Shown piece after piece: positions 45,134 to 59,684 of a stretch of DNA of 64,000 bases. The notes beneath the pieces were generated by a model. The model saw only the letters and a list, made by a program, of their open reading frames with translations, was not told the DNA's origin and made no database searches. The stretch spans positions 20,708,001 to 20,772,000 of the forward strand of contig OZ076410.1 of assembly GCA_964187785.1 (NCBI GenBank). The letters are read 5' to 3'. The position numbers and the translations under genes are program-made. How positions within the stretch are numbered: the stretch's first letter is position 1; the number at the start of each line of letters is the position of its first letter. Source of the stretch: Amphiscolops sp. MND2022. Its lineage: Eukaryota.

Positions 45134-48100
45134 TGGCGCAGTCAGCAATCTAAATTACTCAGGAAACTTTTACCGCGACAAAGAAGATGACAGAAGAAAG
45201 CAAGATCGAATGAAGAAAGAATCTTCATCCGAAACAATGGCTCGAAAGACTTCTGCAATATACGAAGAGAAAACACAAAATGGACATCACCGAACTAATA
45301 CGGGGAATCGAAATAACACAAACCGGTTGGTCTGGAAAAGAAGCTGAAATTCAAAAAGATTTCATATGGGGATCGGTCCCGAAGCATTATACGAGATGAC
45401 ACGAGCGGAAAACAAAACAGAACCCGACAAAATAGCGGTGAAAGACCTTATCCGACTGTTCAACGAATTTTTTCTACCGAAACGGAACACCTACCACGAC
45501 CGCGGAGAATTCTTCTGGACAAGCCAAACCGAACTGGAAACACCGTAAGACTTCTGGCGGAGACTGATTGAAATAGACAAAGAATGTGCATTCGAAGGAA
45601 TAACAGCAGAAGATTTATTAATTTCAAAGTTTATGACCGCAATTTTGGGCAAGAAACTTCGAGACAAATTGATGAAAAAGAAAAGGCTTGAAATGAAGCA
45701 AACAATCGAAAAGATTAAACAAAACACTTATGAAAGAAAAAATCGAAAAAATTCCTTAACGGAAGCCTTGATTTCAAACCGAGACAAAGTAATAAAAGAG
45801 GAGCCAATACAAAGTATGGAAAGATCTGATACAGAAACCATGTATGTTTTGTAACCCATCGAACTGGAACCCCACTCACAAATGCTCGGTATTGGGAAAA
45901 CTTTGCAATAACTGCGGAAAGAAGGGACATTTCGCACGCATATGCAGAAAAAGAGAAAGCTACAAACACAAAGTACGCAATGTAACCGCAGATGAATCAG
46001 GGGCAATTGGAGGAGAATCCGACGAATTAGAGACAAGCATATGCAGAATCGAAAATAGAATTACCGACAGAAACAAATATCTAACAACTTTAGTGAAAGT
46101 AAACGGAATCGAAAAAAAATTCATAGTGGATACCGGATTACCAATTTCAATATTGCCCGTAAACGAAAATATAATGAAGCGAACCGAGATACAGAAAGTG
46201 AAACGCCGGTGCCAAGACGTGAACAAAAATGAAGTGAAACTCCGGGGAAAAATTCCGGTGGTTGTCGAATACGAGAACAACAAACAAAAATGCAAATTCT
46301 GATTACCGAAAGAAACGACATCACACCGCTACTCGGAATGAACTGGATAAAAAAATTCAAATTAACAATGGGAAACATCAGAGTACAGGACGGTAACCAA
46401 TCGGAAAAGAGACAAATAATCGAAAAAATCCCGGAATTGTTTTAGAAATAACACCACGATAAAAGATACTGAGATCAACATTCAACTAAAACTGGGACAT
46501 TATCCGGTGAAACAAAAAGCAAGACCGATACCAAGCAAGACCGATACCACTACGCCTACAAGAAGACGTCGGGAGAGAACTGGAGAAACTAATGAAAACC
46601 GGACACGTGGAGAAAGTGAAACATGTAGATGAAGACTGTTTTGTTTCACCGGAGGTAAATACGGTAAAAAACGATAAGTCGGTAAAAATCGCATTAGACT
46701 CGAGAAAACTGAACGATAGTTGCATAAAAATCCGACCACACATGCCGAATATGGAAGAATTGTTAAATCAAGTTTCGGTAGAAATCACAAGAGACCGAAC
46801 GAAAGAACTAATGATGTCGAAAATTGATCTCGACTATGGATATGGCTAGATGAAATTATCAAAAGAAACAAGCCAACAATGTGTATTCGCAAGAAACGGA
46901 GGAACTTTAGCGGATATTACCGATTCAAAAAGGGACTTTACGGACGTGCCGATATCCCAACAATATTTCAAGAAAAAAACCGACCGAACTTTAGAAAATT
47001 CTACACCGGCATGGCTAGATGATATAATAAATCTGTGGTAACCCGAGGTGACCGAAAAGAACACGAAAAGAAACTGTTCGATGTACTAAAGAAACTAGAA
47101 GACCCTGGATACCGAGCAAGCAAAAAAAATCCGAATGCTTCTTAAATAAAACAAAATGGCTCGGACACAAAATTGATGAAACGGAGATCAAACAGAACAA
47201 AGAAAAGTGAAAGCAATCTTGGATCTGAAACACCCAGAAAATCAAATACAACCAAAGTCATTCCTCGGTGCAATACAATACCTTGCAAATTTCTTACCGA
47301 GACTATCGGAAAAAACGGAAAAACTCCGAAGACTCCAAAAAAAGGACTCGTTATGGAACTGGGGGAAAGACCAAGACGAGGGTTTCAATAACATAGAAGA
47401 AATGTTAACCAAAGAACCCTGCTTGGCACATTATGCAAAGGACAGAGAAAACATCATTACAACCGATGCTAGAAAAACCGGACTCGGGATAACTTTACGG
47501 CAGAAACAGTAGGAGGGAGAAATTAAACCGACAGCATTCGGTAGTAGATACCTAAATAATAGCGAAAAGAATTACTCAATTGGAGAACTAGAACTACTGG
47601 CAGTTGTTTGAGGATTAGAGAAACTCCGATTTCATCTATTCGGTAAGAAAGTCGTTTTATATACCGACCACCAAGCTTTTGAACCCTTGATTAAAAGAAA
47701 CCGATGCAATGAACAAAACAGCGCAAGACTACTTAGATGGTTAGATCAACTTGCGCACTTTGATATTGCCATTCTACATATTCACCGACTTTCAAAGTAG
47801 AAATCCGGTAAAGAAAACAACGAGCGGAGACGTATACGATGAGCAATACGTAACTAACATCCTTTCAGAACAAGTCGAATCAAACGTAAAATACGGACCA
47901 CTAGTTGTTGACCAATCACAAAACGTACCGGAAAGAATTGAAACAACCGAAGAAAATCTAAACGACCAATCACATCGAAATAGAACATTCGAGGAAAACC
48001 GAGACGTGAAAAAAAAATACGAACAAGCGAAAAGCGCATCGAACAAAAGCCGACAAAACGCTAAAACGGAAAGTTCGATCCGAGATTTGAATTCAAATTC

Positions 48101-48960
48101 GATTCCAAATTCAAAATTACTAAAAGAATTATCTCTATTTATGAATGAAATGAACAGAGATTATTTCCACTAGGGTGCAACTGCCGAAAGAATGGAGATA
48201 ATAAGAAAACGAAGAAAAAGCCCAGAAACCCCCCGACTTGTAGAAAGACGGCTAGGAATCTCCCGACCTGGAACAATGCTCCGAAAATTTGATATGAATG
48301 CGCAAAGACAGATTTGGGTCCCCTCAAGGCCGAACAAAAGAAGACGCGAAGAAATCGCAGAGATCAACGGCGATTTGTTATCGAGAGCGAAGAGAATCGG
48401 CGGGGGCTACCAACCCTTCGAAGAACGAACAGAAGAGGAACAAGAAGCTCAAAAGCCGGAAATAATTGAAGACACCGAACAAGAGAGCGAAGGCGAAAGC
48501 CAACTAATCCGGGGCGACAACTTTCCTATCGTCGACTCAAAAGCATACAATACGGACGGAAAAAAATCCAGTTAATACAAACAAACCAGATTATTGAAAA
48601 AGTCACCAGCGATAAGAAGAACACCGACGATACGATCAAGAAGGCCGAATTTATCTTTATGCTCGACTTGAAGACGCTGATTGCAAAATCATCAACGGAC
48701 GCTGAACTCAACCGAGTACGAGACGCAATGCGTCGGGGCGACAAGAACACGGCCCCGGACCAATACCGAACGATATTCGAGAAGTTGAACAACAAATGGG
48801 GGCTGACAATCAACGATGACCGAATAGTAGTACCTACCGAACTGCGAAAGAAACTACTAGATACCCTACATTTCGGGCACTCCGGAGCTACTAAAATGAG
48901 AGCGGAGGCCAAATTTTTTTGTGGCCCAAACAAAAAGGGAAGAGAAGGCATTAACTGAAA
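45134..48960 (+). pseudogene. Fragmented gag-pol (zinc knuckle, protease, RT, RNase H; integrase core deleted)
   Basis: CNNCGKKGHFARIC, IVDTGLPISIL, WLDDII, TDARKTGLG and HFGHSGATKM, followed by a jump past the DDE core. Many stops and frameshifts, including a 16-bp tandem duplication at ~46520. Confidence 0.88.
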
Positions 48961-50775
48961 AATCGCCAAAGAAGAAAAGTTCGATTGGTAGATATTCTTT
49001 CCAATTCTTCGAAAAAAAAACAAAATAAAAAAGCATTGGGTGGAAGATTCCAGAAAAACGAACAAACCGCAATAAATGGTACGGAACACACCGTAACCAC
49101 TGATTACCGAAAAATATTTCACCGAAAATGTGTTTCGGATCCGATTGTATTTCAGAAAGAATGAAAGATAGCGCCGAAGATCGGAGACACCATCACCCCA
49201 AAAAACCGACACTAACGCAGAAGAGTCGTTGGTAAACACATCCAATGGAATGGAATCCTGAGAGATGTGTTAAACGGAAAGCTGCAATTTGTACAAAATC
49301 AGCGAACCGAATCCGACTCCGAGAGCGAGGAAGGCGAATTAAACGATGAAGAAAGTGATTTCGAGAATCACGATACCTCCGAAAAAGACGGGTGCAATTA
49401 ACAAATTGCAACATCCCCCGAAGACGAACTGAACCTACATACGGACCGAGAGATAAACCCGAGTGAGAAACAATCAAATAATGAATTTACCGAAAATGAA
49501 AAAATAGGACGGTCCAACCGTGAAAGCAGACAACCGAATAGATACGGGGGGATTAAATATACTAAAAATTGTTGGGTCTGAATCAAAAAAATTAAATATT
49601 ACAGGTGCTGCAGTCGAAAATTGGAATAATCGAAAAGAAGCGCCCCCCAAACCACTAACGAAGCCTGCAGACTTCATCCGTGAGAAAACCCCAACACCGG
49701 GAACATCAAAACAGCTACCGAAGAAGATCCAGACGAGAGGAAATGTTATACGGTACATATACCTTGTCCTACATTGTCAATCAAACTTAGATCTTTTCTT
49801 AAAGTACCAAACAAAACTTTAGATCAAATGAGATACTTATGTTTATATATATTTGTAAACATCATACTTTTGTTTCATAACGAGATTATATCTTTTGATA
49901 CAAAAACATAGATGGAAAAAAATCGCTTGACAATCCTTTATGTTCGAAAAAGATTTTAGATATAACTTTTGTTTTCTTATTCAACCAAGAAATAGAACAG
50001 CTGAAACGCGTTGAGTGCTCATCGAAAAGCATCGTAACATGCAAACCATTGAAAAATTGTGAGGTAAATGTTTGAAATAATAGAATACTCCTTTTAAACA
50101 TCGAATATTGGCGTATCGAGAGTTTGTTTTTAAAATGAAGCTGACTGTTCAATTATGCTCACGCTTGCTGTATTGAGCTACTACTAAGTTTGACTTTAAT
50201 CCTTCTTGACATTGTTGTCTAGTCCACACCTTTCAAGTTCAAAGTAACAATATCATTCGAAAGCATTCATTTTTTGCAAATGCATTCATTTTTTGCAAAT
50301 GTCTATATAATTCGAAGGTCCGAATTTCTGAACTAACTACATGATTAGGGTTGAATAACTGCAAATGTAGTGAAATTCTCAGAACACACCGTTTTCCCCA
50401 CACCCTTTTGCGGGTCGCTATTTGGTGACATACGAGAATTCTGAGGGTTTGTCCCTGTTTTGGATAGGCTCATTGGACAGGTAAAATATGGGTTGAGCTA
50501 GTAAATCGTCCCCATTTTGACCTTCGTTCTTCGATTGATCAGTTTAGTTCATTCTTTGAAAACAAGAATTATTTCGGTGGTTAATTTGAGTAATTCTGCT
50601 AAATTCAAAGCTGAATCATTGTTTGTTATTTTCCGAACCACATTTTAAAAATAGGGGAGGAAAATCATGATCTGTGACGCGTTTTTTTCCAAAATTTGCC
50701 AAATCTCCACAAACTCCACCTTTTGATTACTTGACCATTTTATATAGTTACTAGTAACTAAAATAGCATACAGCA

Positions 50776-50913
50776 GGAATAATATCTAAAGTCAAAAAAG
50801 GGAATAAGATCTAAAGGGAATAAGATCTAAAATTTCAGGGCGGGAATAAGATCTAAAAGGAATAAGATCTAAAATCACTAAATTTTAGATCTTTTTCTTT
50901 AGATCCTATTCCC
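50776..50913. repeat. GGAATAAGATCTAA tandem units with inverted copies (small foldback-like repeat)
   Basis: Five direct units followed by inverted TTTAGATC.. units. Confidence 0.6.
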
Positions 50914-52929
50914 CCTTCCCAAAAAAGCTATGGCTCAGTTGGTGAAGGCGAACAAGGCGAAAAATATCCCGGTGCTTAGCGGGCGTCTTGTTTGTATTCA
51001 TCTTCCTCTGAGTTCGTGAGGCGCGCTCAAAACATGGCCTACCAACACGGAAGTCGAAACCGAGATCTTCATCGCTTACCTTAGCTGTCATCAGATGTTC
51101 CGCTTGTCGAGAGGACTCAAGTTTTTATGTCATTTTATTCTTTTTTATTTATTCTTGCTCCAAAAGTCTTCAGTTGCTGAATTGGGCCTTCAATAGAGAT
51201 CTATATTATTTCAAGATTTTTAAATAATTTGTTCGCTCAGCAATTAAACATGCCCTTTGCCTGGTTTAGTTTTCTTCGCCTAATTTGGTTTGCTGAAAAT
51301 TTGATTACTTGAATGGAGTTAATTTCTGCCAATTAGTTTGTGAATTGTCTGGGTGAGAGTTTGCGGTTTTAGACCCTGGGATCACCTAGCCTGGGGCCCT
51401 ATATGGCCCAAAATATTACGCAGAGAAAACATTTAGCAAGATCTTGAAACAAATTTTCTGGAAAATTGGACGGTGCGAACTTCACATGTTGAAACTAAAT
51501 ATTTTCATTCTCTCAAGGAAACGATAGAAACGAAAAATTGTTGAAACGACAAAGTTGATATGAATTTCAAGCCCCCAGGCCTAGGCACTCTCAAAATTTC
51601 CAAGTTTGTTCGATAAAAAACCTTCTGTGACCAATAACTTGTTAGTTATTTTGTTTTTCAGAAGTTCATTTTAACATGCGTAAAACTTCTAAACAACCTC
51701 AGTTGATGTTCAAATTTTTCATGCTGCTTTCATTCATCAAAAACAAATTAATAAAACAACATGGAAAATTCCGGGAGCCTGCTTTGAAAATTTTTGTCGG
51801 ATTACAAAGCTGTGTCTGCTATTTCAATCAAAACTTAACTATCGATTTATTCGCCGTCTCGTTTATTTTGCTTTGACGCTTTATCCCAAGTAGTCAGTTC
51901 ATGTAATCACAGTTTGAAATTAAAACTGCCTCGTTATGAAACCTGTGAAACGTCTTGGCTCTGAAGTGCCGCCAAATTTAGGATGCATCATTTTTTAGAC
52001 AATTTGGTAAATTACAATTGACACTCTGAAAATTTAAAGCATGGAAGTTTCTGTGACAGTTCTGCGGAAGCATATAAAATTAGCTTCGCAACCTACAAAC
52101 ACTTACGAAAATTTCAAGTAAATATAACTATAGTGGAGGACATCATCAAGATGCCCTTAGCAGTTCCTAGTCTGCAGATTTGAGTACTTTTTCTATTCAT
52201 TAGGTAGATTTTTATTCAGAATGAATTAGAAGATAAATTGTTTCGTTCTAAATTTCTCAAAAAGTTTCAATTGAAAGAATTAAAATTGGAATTAATGTCC
52301 TCCAAATCTGGAAACTATGTAATAACTAAATTTGACGTACATTTCATTTTTTTGCAACAAGAGCTTAAGTTAAGAACTATCAGACACCAATGGAGCTGAA
52401 AATAGCCCCAAACGAGATCCCCTTTGGAACTCAAACTAGCCAAACTGTGCTGGGTCTTTTCTTTTCTCTTTTTTTGTTCTGGTCAAGTTTTAAAATTTTC
52501 AGGACGTTTTTTCATTTTCCGCCCATATTTCACTTGAGAAAGGAGAATATTTGAATCAGTCGCGTTTTTTTTTACAAAATTTGTCAAGTTCCAAACTTGT
52601 ATCCAAGTTGAAGTGTTTCAGCCACAGAATTCTACACTTAGTATCATGCGACATGCATTTGTGCAGATTTTTGGACTTTTTTTGTTGACCCCGAAAAAAC
52701 CAAAATGACCCAAAAATGGTCCCAAACTGACAAAATCTGCAATTTTTTTAAAATTTCAACAATTCTATGCATTTTTTGTCAAAATCTCGATGCACTTGGT
52801 GGCTTAGAATGTTTAAAGCGTTCGAAACAAAAATTATTTGCTGTCCAATAGACTTTGGTGAACAGATAATTGCATTTCTTTGCTGTAAAAAGGCACCAAA
52901 TTCAACCGAAAAAAAATCAATCCAAAGTT

Positions 52930-54800
52930 TTTTAGTTTTTGTGGTTTTTTATTCAACAATTTTGCTGATGGAGGATTTTACCATTCGTACACGAACGCTG
53001 GACGACTTCCTCGAACTAGATGAAGGAGTGAGTGAGGTACCTAGAAGAAATAATCGCGACGAAAAAAGTAGTAAGAATAGATGAAGGCTGATAGATGGTT
53101 GTAAAACCACGGATTTGAGTATACTCAATAGTAGGACTGCGAAAATTGTGGGAACTGGAGAATTTAGTTGCATAACACAAAATGGCAATTGTACTATAGA
53201 CTATTTCAAGAGAGATTCGGTCGGCGCTCGGGAAGGGCTTAAGATTTGAATTTCGATTTATGTTTGTCTGGTGTGCATTGCCCAGATAAAATAAAGTAAG
53301 TCCACCCAACAGAAGGTATACACAATGCGAAGTCTCTAAAGGAGAGAAAAGTAATCAACAAATGGAATAAAGACATCAAATCGAAATATAAACAGGAACT
53401 AGTATACATACCTTGGAGTTCGGAAAATCTACCTAGAATGTGCGCTATCACCAATAACATACGACAGCATGCAAACGTTCTAAAACACTACTTTGACAAA
53501 CGAATTTGAAGAAAAGGCGGTATAATCTTGATCTTTGAGATTTCATGAGCCGCGAAGATACCAAAAAAAGTGAGCCAACAACCTCGGTTCAATCAATCAT
53601 GTAGACAGCGAAGATTCGTATGGAGAAAACAACCAAGACAAGGAATGAGACAAAAAACGAAGCCGAAAGTCTGCTTTGAGAAAATTCAGACAATTATTAC
53701 GCTCTAAACAGACAGCGAAGGATAACTGTCAGTTATCTTCAATCCGCAAAAGTACAGGACCGCCAAATGTACTGGGAGTTTATAACAAGCCTGATTTGTT
53801 CAGAAACGTGAAAGAAAGCGCGGCAGTTTTCCTGAGCACTGTAAAAACTGAATCACTATGTGAATACAGGTGAAACTCAAGTTGAATCTCATTCAAAATC
53901 GACTACTGCAAAGGAAACTTTAAATGAATCTTTTTAATTTGAGGAATGCAAAAATGATTTTCCTGAAAGACGAGATTTTACGTTTTGAAAAATTTTTTAA
54001 TGAATTTTTTGAATGAATTTTTCCATTTAAATGATCAGAAAGAAACCAGAACTTTACTGCAAATGTTTGTAATGCTGTACGCCGAAGACACTGTACTCTT
54101 CGGCAAAAATGCGGGTGATATGCAGAAAGCGCTTGATGTAACAATTAGGTATTATTGCTTGAGAAGGATGTTTCTGAACATAGAAAAACTAATAACGAGA
54201 TTTTCTCTCGAGTTAAGGTGAGAAAAAAGTGAAAATGTAGTGATAAATGAAACTCTTATTGATTGTGTTGACAATGTCTCTTACGTAGGCATTGTTTTCA
54301 GGTATAATGTTATTTTCAAAACGCGATCGAACACAACATCGACAAAACAAAAGAAGCAAGTTTTATCATTGAACTTTTTTTGAAAGAAGGTAATACTGAA
54401 GTTAAATTGAGGATATATCTCTTTGTTACGACGATGCTCCATGTTTTGTCACATGGTTGTGAACTGTGCGTTTTTGAAATTGTACAAGTTGAGGTTTTCC
54501 ATAGCAAACTTTCAGGAAACATTCTTGAGGTACGGAAAGCATGCCAAATGCAATGGTATACGGAAAACAAGAACGATACGGAATGGTAACATAATATGGC
54601 AAAAAATAGCCAGTTTCTCGAAAAGCATCGAGCCAAAGAAAGCCAATTTTTCAAAATGATCTACCTAGCATTTGTTGGAAACAATCTTGATAATATTTGA
54701 TAATAAATTGCTGATTTCGATAGAAGATATTCTAAACAATTGTGGCATACCCAGCTAATTTCATAATCGAAAAACAAATTCGGAATTTCGTCAAAAATTG
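52930..54800 (+). pseudogene. Very degenerate non-LTR retrotransposon (APE endonuclease and RT remnants)
   Basis: RNNRDE...LIDGCKTTDLSILNSRT...GEFSCITQNGNCTIDY resembles the APE C-terminus. VMLYAEDTVLF...DMQKALD...YC...LNIEK resembles RT YADD. Boundaries are approximate. Confidence 0.65.
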
Positions 54801-57800
54801 CTGCCAAGACCCTGCAATTCGATCTTGACATGTAAAGATATAAAAAGTACTTTATGTGTGAGGGCTAAATCTCCGTCAAATATCAGCTAAGTTGGAACGT
54901 TGCCTAAAAAGCCTAAAATTACGCGAAATGACCCAAATTTTTTTTCACGAGTGCACAATCTTTTTTACCCACTATGCGTAGTAAAATAGCAAATGAGGCG
55001 AGTCTTGTATACCCGTTTTGTGGTATCAGTGTTGCCCAGATGAATATCAAATGTTATTAACGTGTAATGAATCTAAAGAAAAGAGATGAGCCCTTGCCGA
55101 AGATTGTATATAAGTCTCCGACAACCATATTAATTGACCAGCTAATAAACTCCACCAATTTTGCTCAACTAGGAAAACTTGCCCGACTGTGCGAGTCTAT
55201 CTAGACCCTTTGTTGTTCTAAATTTAGGACGTAAAAACCAACCATTTTTGTTTTTTGTTCGCTTTCGGGCAACAAAATTGTTCCGATTTCCTGGGTTTTT
55301 TATGGGTTAGAGGATTTAAACATTTCAAAAGTGAAAAACCTAGCTACGCCGTACACCTTTTCAAAAAAAGTTCCACTGTTTTGCTTCAAAAACACTTCAG
55401 AATTACTTCAAAGTCGGACAAGTAACTTTATTTATTACCATTTGTCATGTAATTCTTGTGAACGTTTGAAACTGTTTGCAATTAGATTGTTGAAAGCGTT
55501 CAAAATTTGTAAAAATATTGTCTCAAGTAGACTTTTTGAAGAAATATTTGCATGTTTGTGTCAGAAAATCCAACAAATTGACCCAAAAAATGTCGACACT
55601 ATCGATTTTAAGATTTTTATAGATTTTTTGTTCACTTTTTGAGAAACTCTTGGAGATCAGATTTATAATTAGACTCCAAACGAAGTATTTAGTCAAGCAG
55701 TATACTTTTCATAGACGAAGGGGCATTTTTCTAGGCAGAACCAAACCACTTGTTGATGAAAACAATCGAAAACTTTGAAGTTTTCCAGCAGAACTCTCTA
55801 ATTTCTTCCAAAAAACTCGTGGGCTGGAGTAATGAAATCAATAAACAACGTACAAATGCCATATCAACAGAGCGCTTTGAAAAAATGCATTTTCGTGTAA
55901 GAAAATTGTTTCAAAATGACCCCCAAAGTAGTTGCATTGTCAAAATTTTCCAATTTCTGATGAATATCGGTGACGTTTCATTCGATGCTAAAACGGTTGA
56001 TAAATTAAAAGCTTCAATACAACCCGAACAAGACAACTAGTTCACAGCACGCTTTTAAAAAGAGAAGCTTGCAGTTTTCATAGCAAATGACCTCAGAATG
56101 ACCCGAATGATTCAAACAAATTTCTAGTTTTTGACATTTTTTGCAAATTTTTGTAAACGTTTTGTACAATTCCGTGGCATGACAAAATTTTAAAAAATCA
56201 ACAACGACTGAGCGCGACGGCTTTGAAAGTCGGTTTTGAGAGTATAAATACAATTTCGTGTGACAATCGGCCACAAAAACAACATACAAACTAGTTTTTT
56301 GACAAGATAGTGACCATTTTTGTTCGTTTCACGACTTGTTTCTAACATAGAACTTTCATTGATCTGAACGTTGAAACAAAAAGCTATTCAAAACGATACT
56401 TGGGAAAGAAAATGGGAAAATACTCCACGAATTTGAAAATTTAGTCGAAAATTTTCTCATTTATCAACCACATACTCCCAGTTTTGGACATTTTCCGAAT
56501 GTTTCACATCATCAAAAAACATTTGGCCTTAGGGACGAAGCATGTAGCTACCAGTAAGGGTTTAGGAAAAAAACTGCACAACTGCAAACGAAAAAATACA
56601 AGATTTTTCAAAAAAAATCCTCCCTCGAAAACAAAACTTTTTATCCACGCTTTGTTTAATATTTAATATTAATTGACTTCCAAACGAAAAATCTTCCAAT
56701 GCACTACGCCTTCGAATGAAGACTATGCAGTTTTCTAGTAGAATAAACGCATAAATACTTCTAAAAATTCAAAAGTGTTTAACGTTTTCATGCAGATTTT
56801 GCAAACATTTCGGAGCTATTTCGTGAGTTAGAATGATGTAGATAGTACTATATACCATATAGTACTATATCAACTGTTTTTGTGGTGACGTCATTGTCAC
56901 TCTCTCATATTCTGTTAACAACTGCCTTTCGCTACCGAAGAAGTTGCTCTACTCGCATTGGCTCCGAATTTTGGTTACATAGCACCAAAGAACGGAGACT
57001 CTCAGAATAGGTAACTGGAAAAAGTCAAATAAGGTAGCCGTTGGTATAACAAAACTAGTTTTAAAAAGAACGAATTTAAACTGTTTTCGCAACGATTTCG
57101 AAAAATATTCAAGCATATTTCAATGAGAATTTTTACCAGACACTCCATATTCTGAACGTTACTGTTTCCATCTAATCGCATTTTTTCATACTCACTTGTT
57201 GAAGTAGAGTCAGAGACCATAGACCGTGAACTTGTTATGTTAATTTAAGTACACTTAGGTTGTCTAGAGTACCTGCTGTTGCTATATTTATCTTTTAGAT
57301 CAGAAGCTCAGATAGTTAAAACGTACTCTATGAAAACAGTATGATTCTAAGTTCTTTTCATGTACACATGAAATGCAACAAGTAAACATGATTTTAGACT
57401 TCCGTTCCAATCAACGAACAACATCAAGATTTAAAACGCGAAGAGATCTTAAGTATTTGGAGTAGATATCCAAAACGGGGTTCAATTTGGTTGAGTTTCA
57501 GTCTCAAGTAGTTAATACAAACGACAAACATTTAGTCAGCTAAACAACCGCCTACCATGCGTTCTTTTTCTGGTACCAAGCGAAAACACTGGGGGATAAA
57601 AATCGCGGAAGGTTATCAGTTCAAATGAGACCTTTTCGAGTCTTGAGAAGGGTTGAAAAGACGAAACTTTGTTGGTAATGTCTGATTTTGACAATCAAAT
57701 AATGATTCAAGGTTTACGGATGGTTTTAAAAACTGCACCTCCAAAATATCCATCTCTTGTTATTTTTGACTGGGTCAATTCAACACTCGACATTTACCGT

Positions 57801-59684
57801 TTTAAAAAAATTGGGAGCGATAACGATTCATTGGAGGAACAAAATCTGATGATGGAATAAGATCTAATATTTAGAATTTGCATTTAATGATTTTCTATTA
57901 CTGAGATCGAGTTTCTCATCAATTTCCATCTCTCCATTAATTTATATTTCGAGGAAAAAATGACAAACACAGTAAAAATACCTCGTTCTGCTGAACCGTT
58001 CTGTGACTTGTCGCCAAAACAATGAAATCGGTCCAAAAACATCAACAGCTAGGGGCGGAGCATTCATTGACCACTGTGTATTTTTTAGATATCTGCGCTT
58101 TCATAAAACTCACATCATTTTTGCGTGCGGCTCAGACTATAGATAGAACTAATTTGTAGACCTTTCAAGGCGTATGTCAGTAAAAACAGCTAAAAACACT
58201 GATTATAGGCACACTAATTTGGCATACGGATCATATAGAAAGAAAAATACGTCGGAAGAGACAAACCTCCGTTTCGAGAAAAGCACTTTTACGTTCGCAC
58301 TGCAACTTGGCGTTCATGTACCAGCGGTGGGAACTCAACTTTCGACTCAAGACACTCGACCTCGTATCACCCCTGGGTTCCGAGCAATTGGCACTGAAAA
58401 AGACGTAGGTCGACTCTCCAGGGAGCGCAGTGATGCTGCGTCAAAATTACCCACTGTGTGCTTAGAACTGATAGGCCCGAAAATAATGGGATGCTTAATT
58501 TACAACATCTACGATGCACGAAGAGGTAGCAAACCTCTTACGGACCTATGTAAACAAACCTTGATTTTCATTTAAAGCTTTAACAGATAGCCAACGAACA
58601 TGAAACTTCCCGATAATACTCGCAGACTAATCCTCAGTAAAATACATGAAAATAATATTCATCGACCCAATATGCATGGAGTACTATTTTGAGTCGCGCG
58701 GGACCGTGTACGCGAGATCGCTGAGAATGTACGTACGTACGTACGTTCATCTTGTAATGTCTCAAACGAACGGTATTTAAGTGAACAGTCGATTACAATA
58801 AAAATAGATTTAGATCCACAATCCATCAATGTGTAGACGCAACAAGTAAACAACTCATATGCACTTGTAACGCGAAGACCGTTAACTCAAGACCTGTAAA
58901 ACATTACCAGTCGCAATTTTGGACAGGCACGAATAACTCCAAGGTCACAGATGACTCTTAACGCCATCCTAGAGGATTCACGACGCACCGCACTCACAAG
59001 GATGGAAAATCTATAAGTGAAGGACATTGAGCATTTTTCTCAACTTTAGACTCATTTGCGAGACTCGGTTATTATGGAATGTAATCATGTTGAATTATTA
59101 GTAATCAGCTCCAAAGCTTTTTTACTCGATGTATAGCCATGAGGAGAGAGCCTGGAATTAAGGAACTCGAATACACTGGAAGAAACGCAATCGAGCTAGA
59201 GAGCTACAAGGCAGCTGAGCCTCGAGAAAGAAACCTGACTTCGCTGAAAAAAATTGTTCGTCGATAGCTCTGGGATTGAGTCTCTACAAGTCTGGGACTT
59301 GTTTTTTGCGCTTCGACATAGCTGGCTAATTCGCGAAAGATTATCAGTTTTTGAATCCTTTTGATGAAGACCCAGATTTGACTTTCTTTAAAGACATCAT
59401 CCGAACGTTACTTCAACTTTAAAGAAAGTCGAATAACTTGAGCTACTGGACAGATTGTACATAAACGAGTACACGATATGAAGGAACGAAAGTTTATTTA
59501 TTTGAGTATAGAAAATATCATCATTGAAAACAAAAACAAAATTATCCATACTCAAAAGGGACAGAAGATGAGCTGATTAACTCTTCAAGCCTCTGCCCTC
59601 AAGAACCAATCATAGCCAAAGGCAATGCCGAACAAAAATGCGAAAGATATTTGCCTTCTTTGTGAAATAGTTGATTTTTATCAT

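Larger units (their letters stand above)
43300..49999 (+). mobile_element. Decayed Ty3/Gypsy element with 256-bp LTRs and an internal duplication of its 3' end
   Basis: TSD GCTGA at 43295-43299 and 50000-50004. Partial LTR 43300-43427, full LTRs 44878-45133 and 49744-49999 (TG...CA). PBS TGGCGCAGTCAGCA at 45134 and PPT GAGAGGAAA. Confidence 0.9.

Noticed and set aside
50925-51010. tRNA/SINE-like head (TGGCTCAGTTGG A-box-like)
   Set aside because: No convincing B-box at the right spacing and no cloverleaf or acceptor stem found.
55331-56289. Short ORFs after a CAGTGTTGCC hAT-like TIR start at ~55027
   Set aside because: No matching right TIR or TSD found, and no transposase motif in the ORFs.
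58174-59480. Possible BEL-like RT/LTR relic (…EEVANLLRTYVN; LTR-like composition)
   Set aside because: The similarity is too weak and fragmented to support, and no paired termini or TSD were identified.
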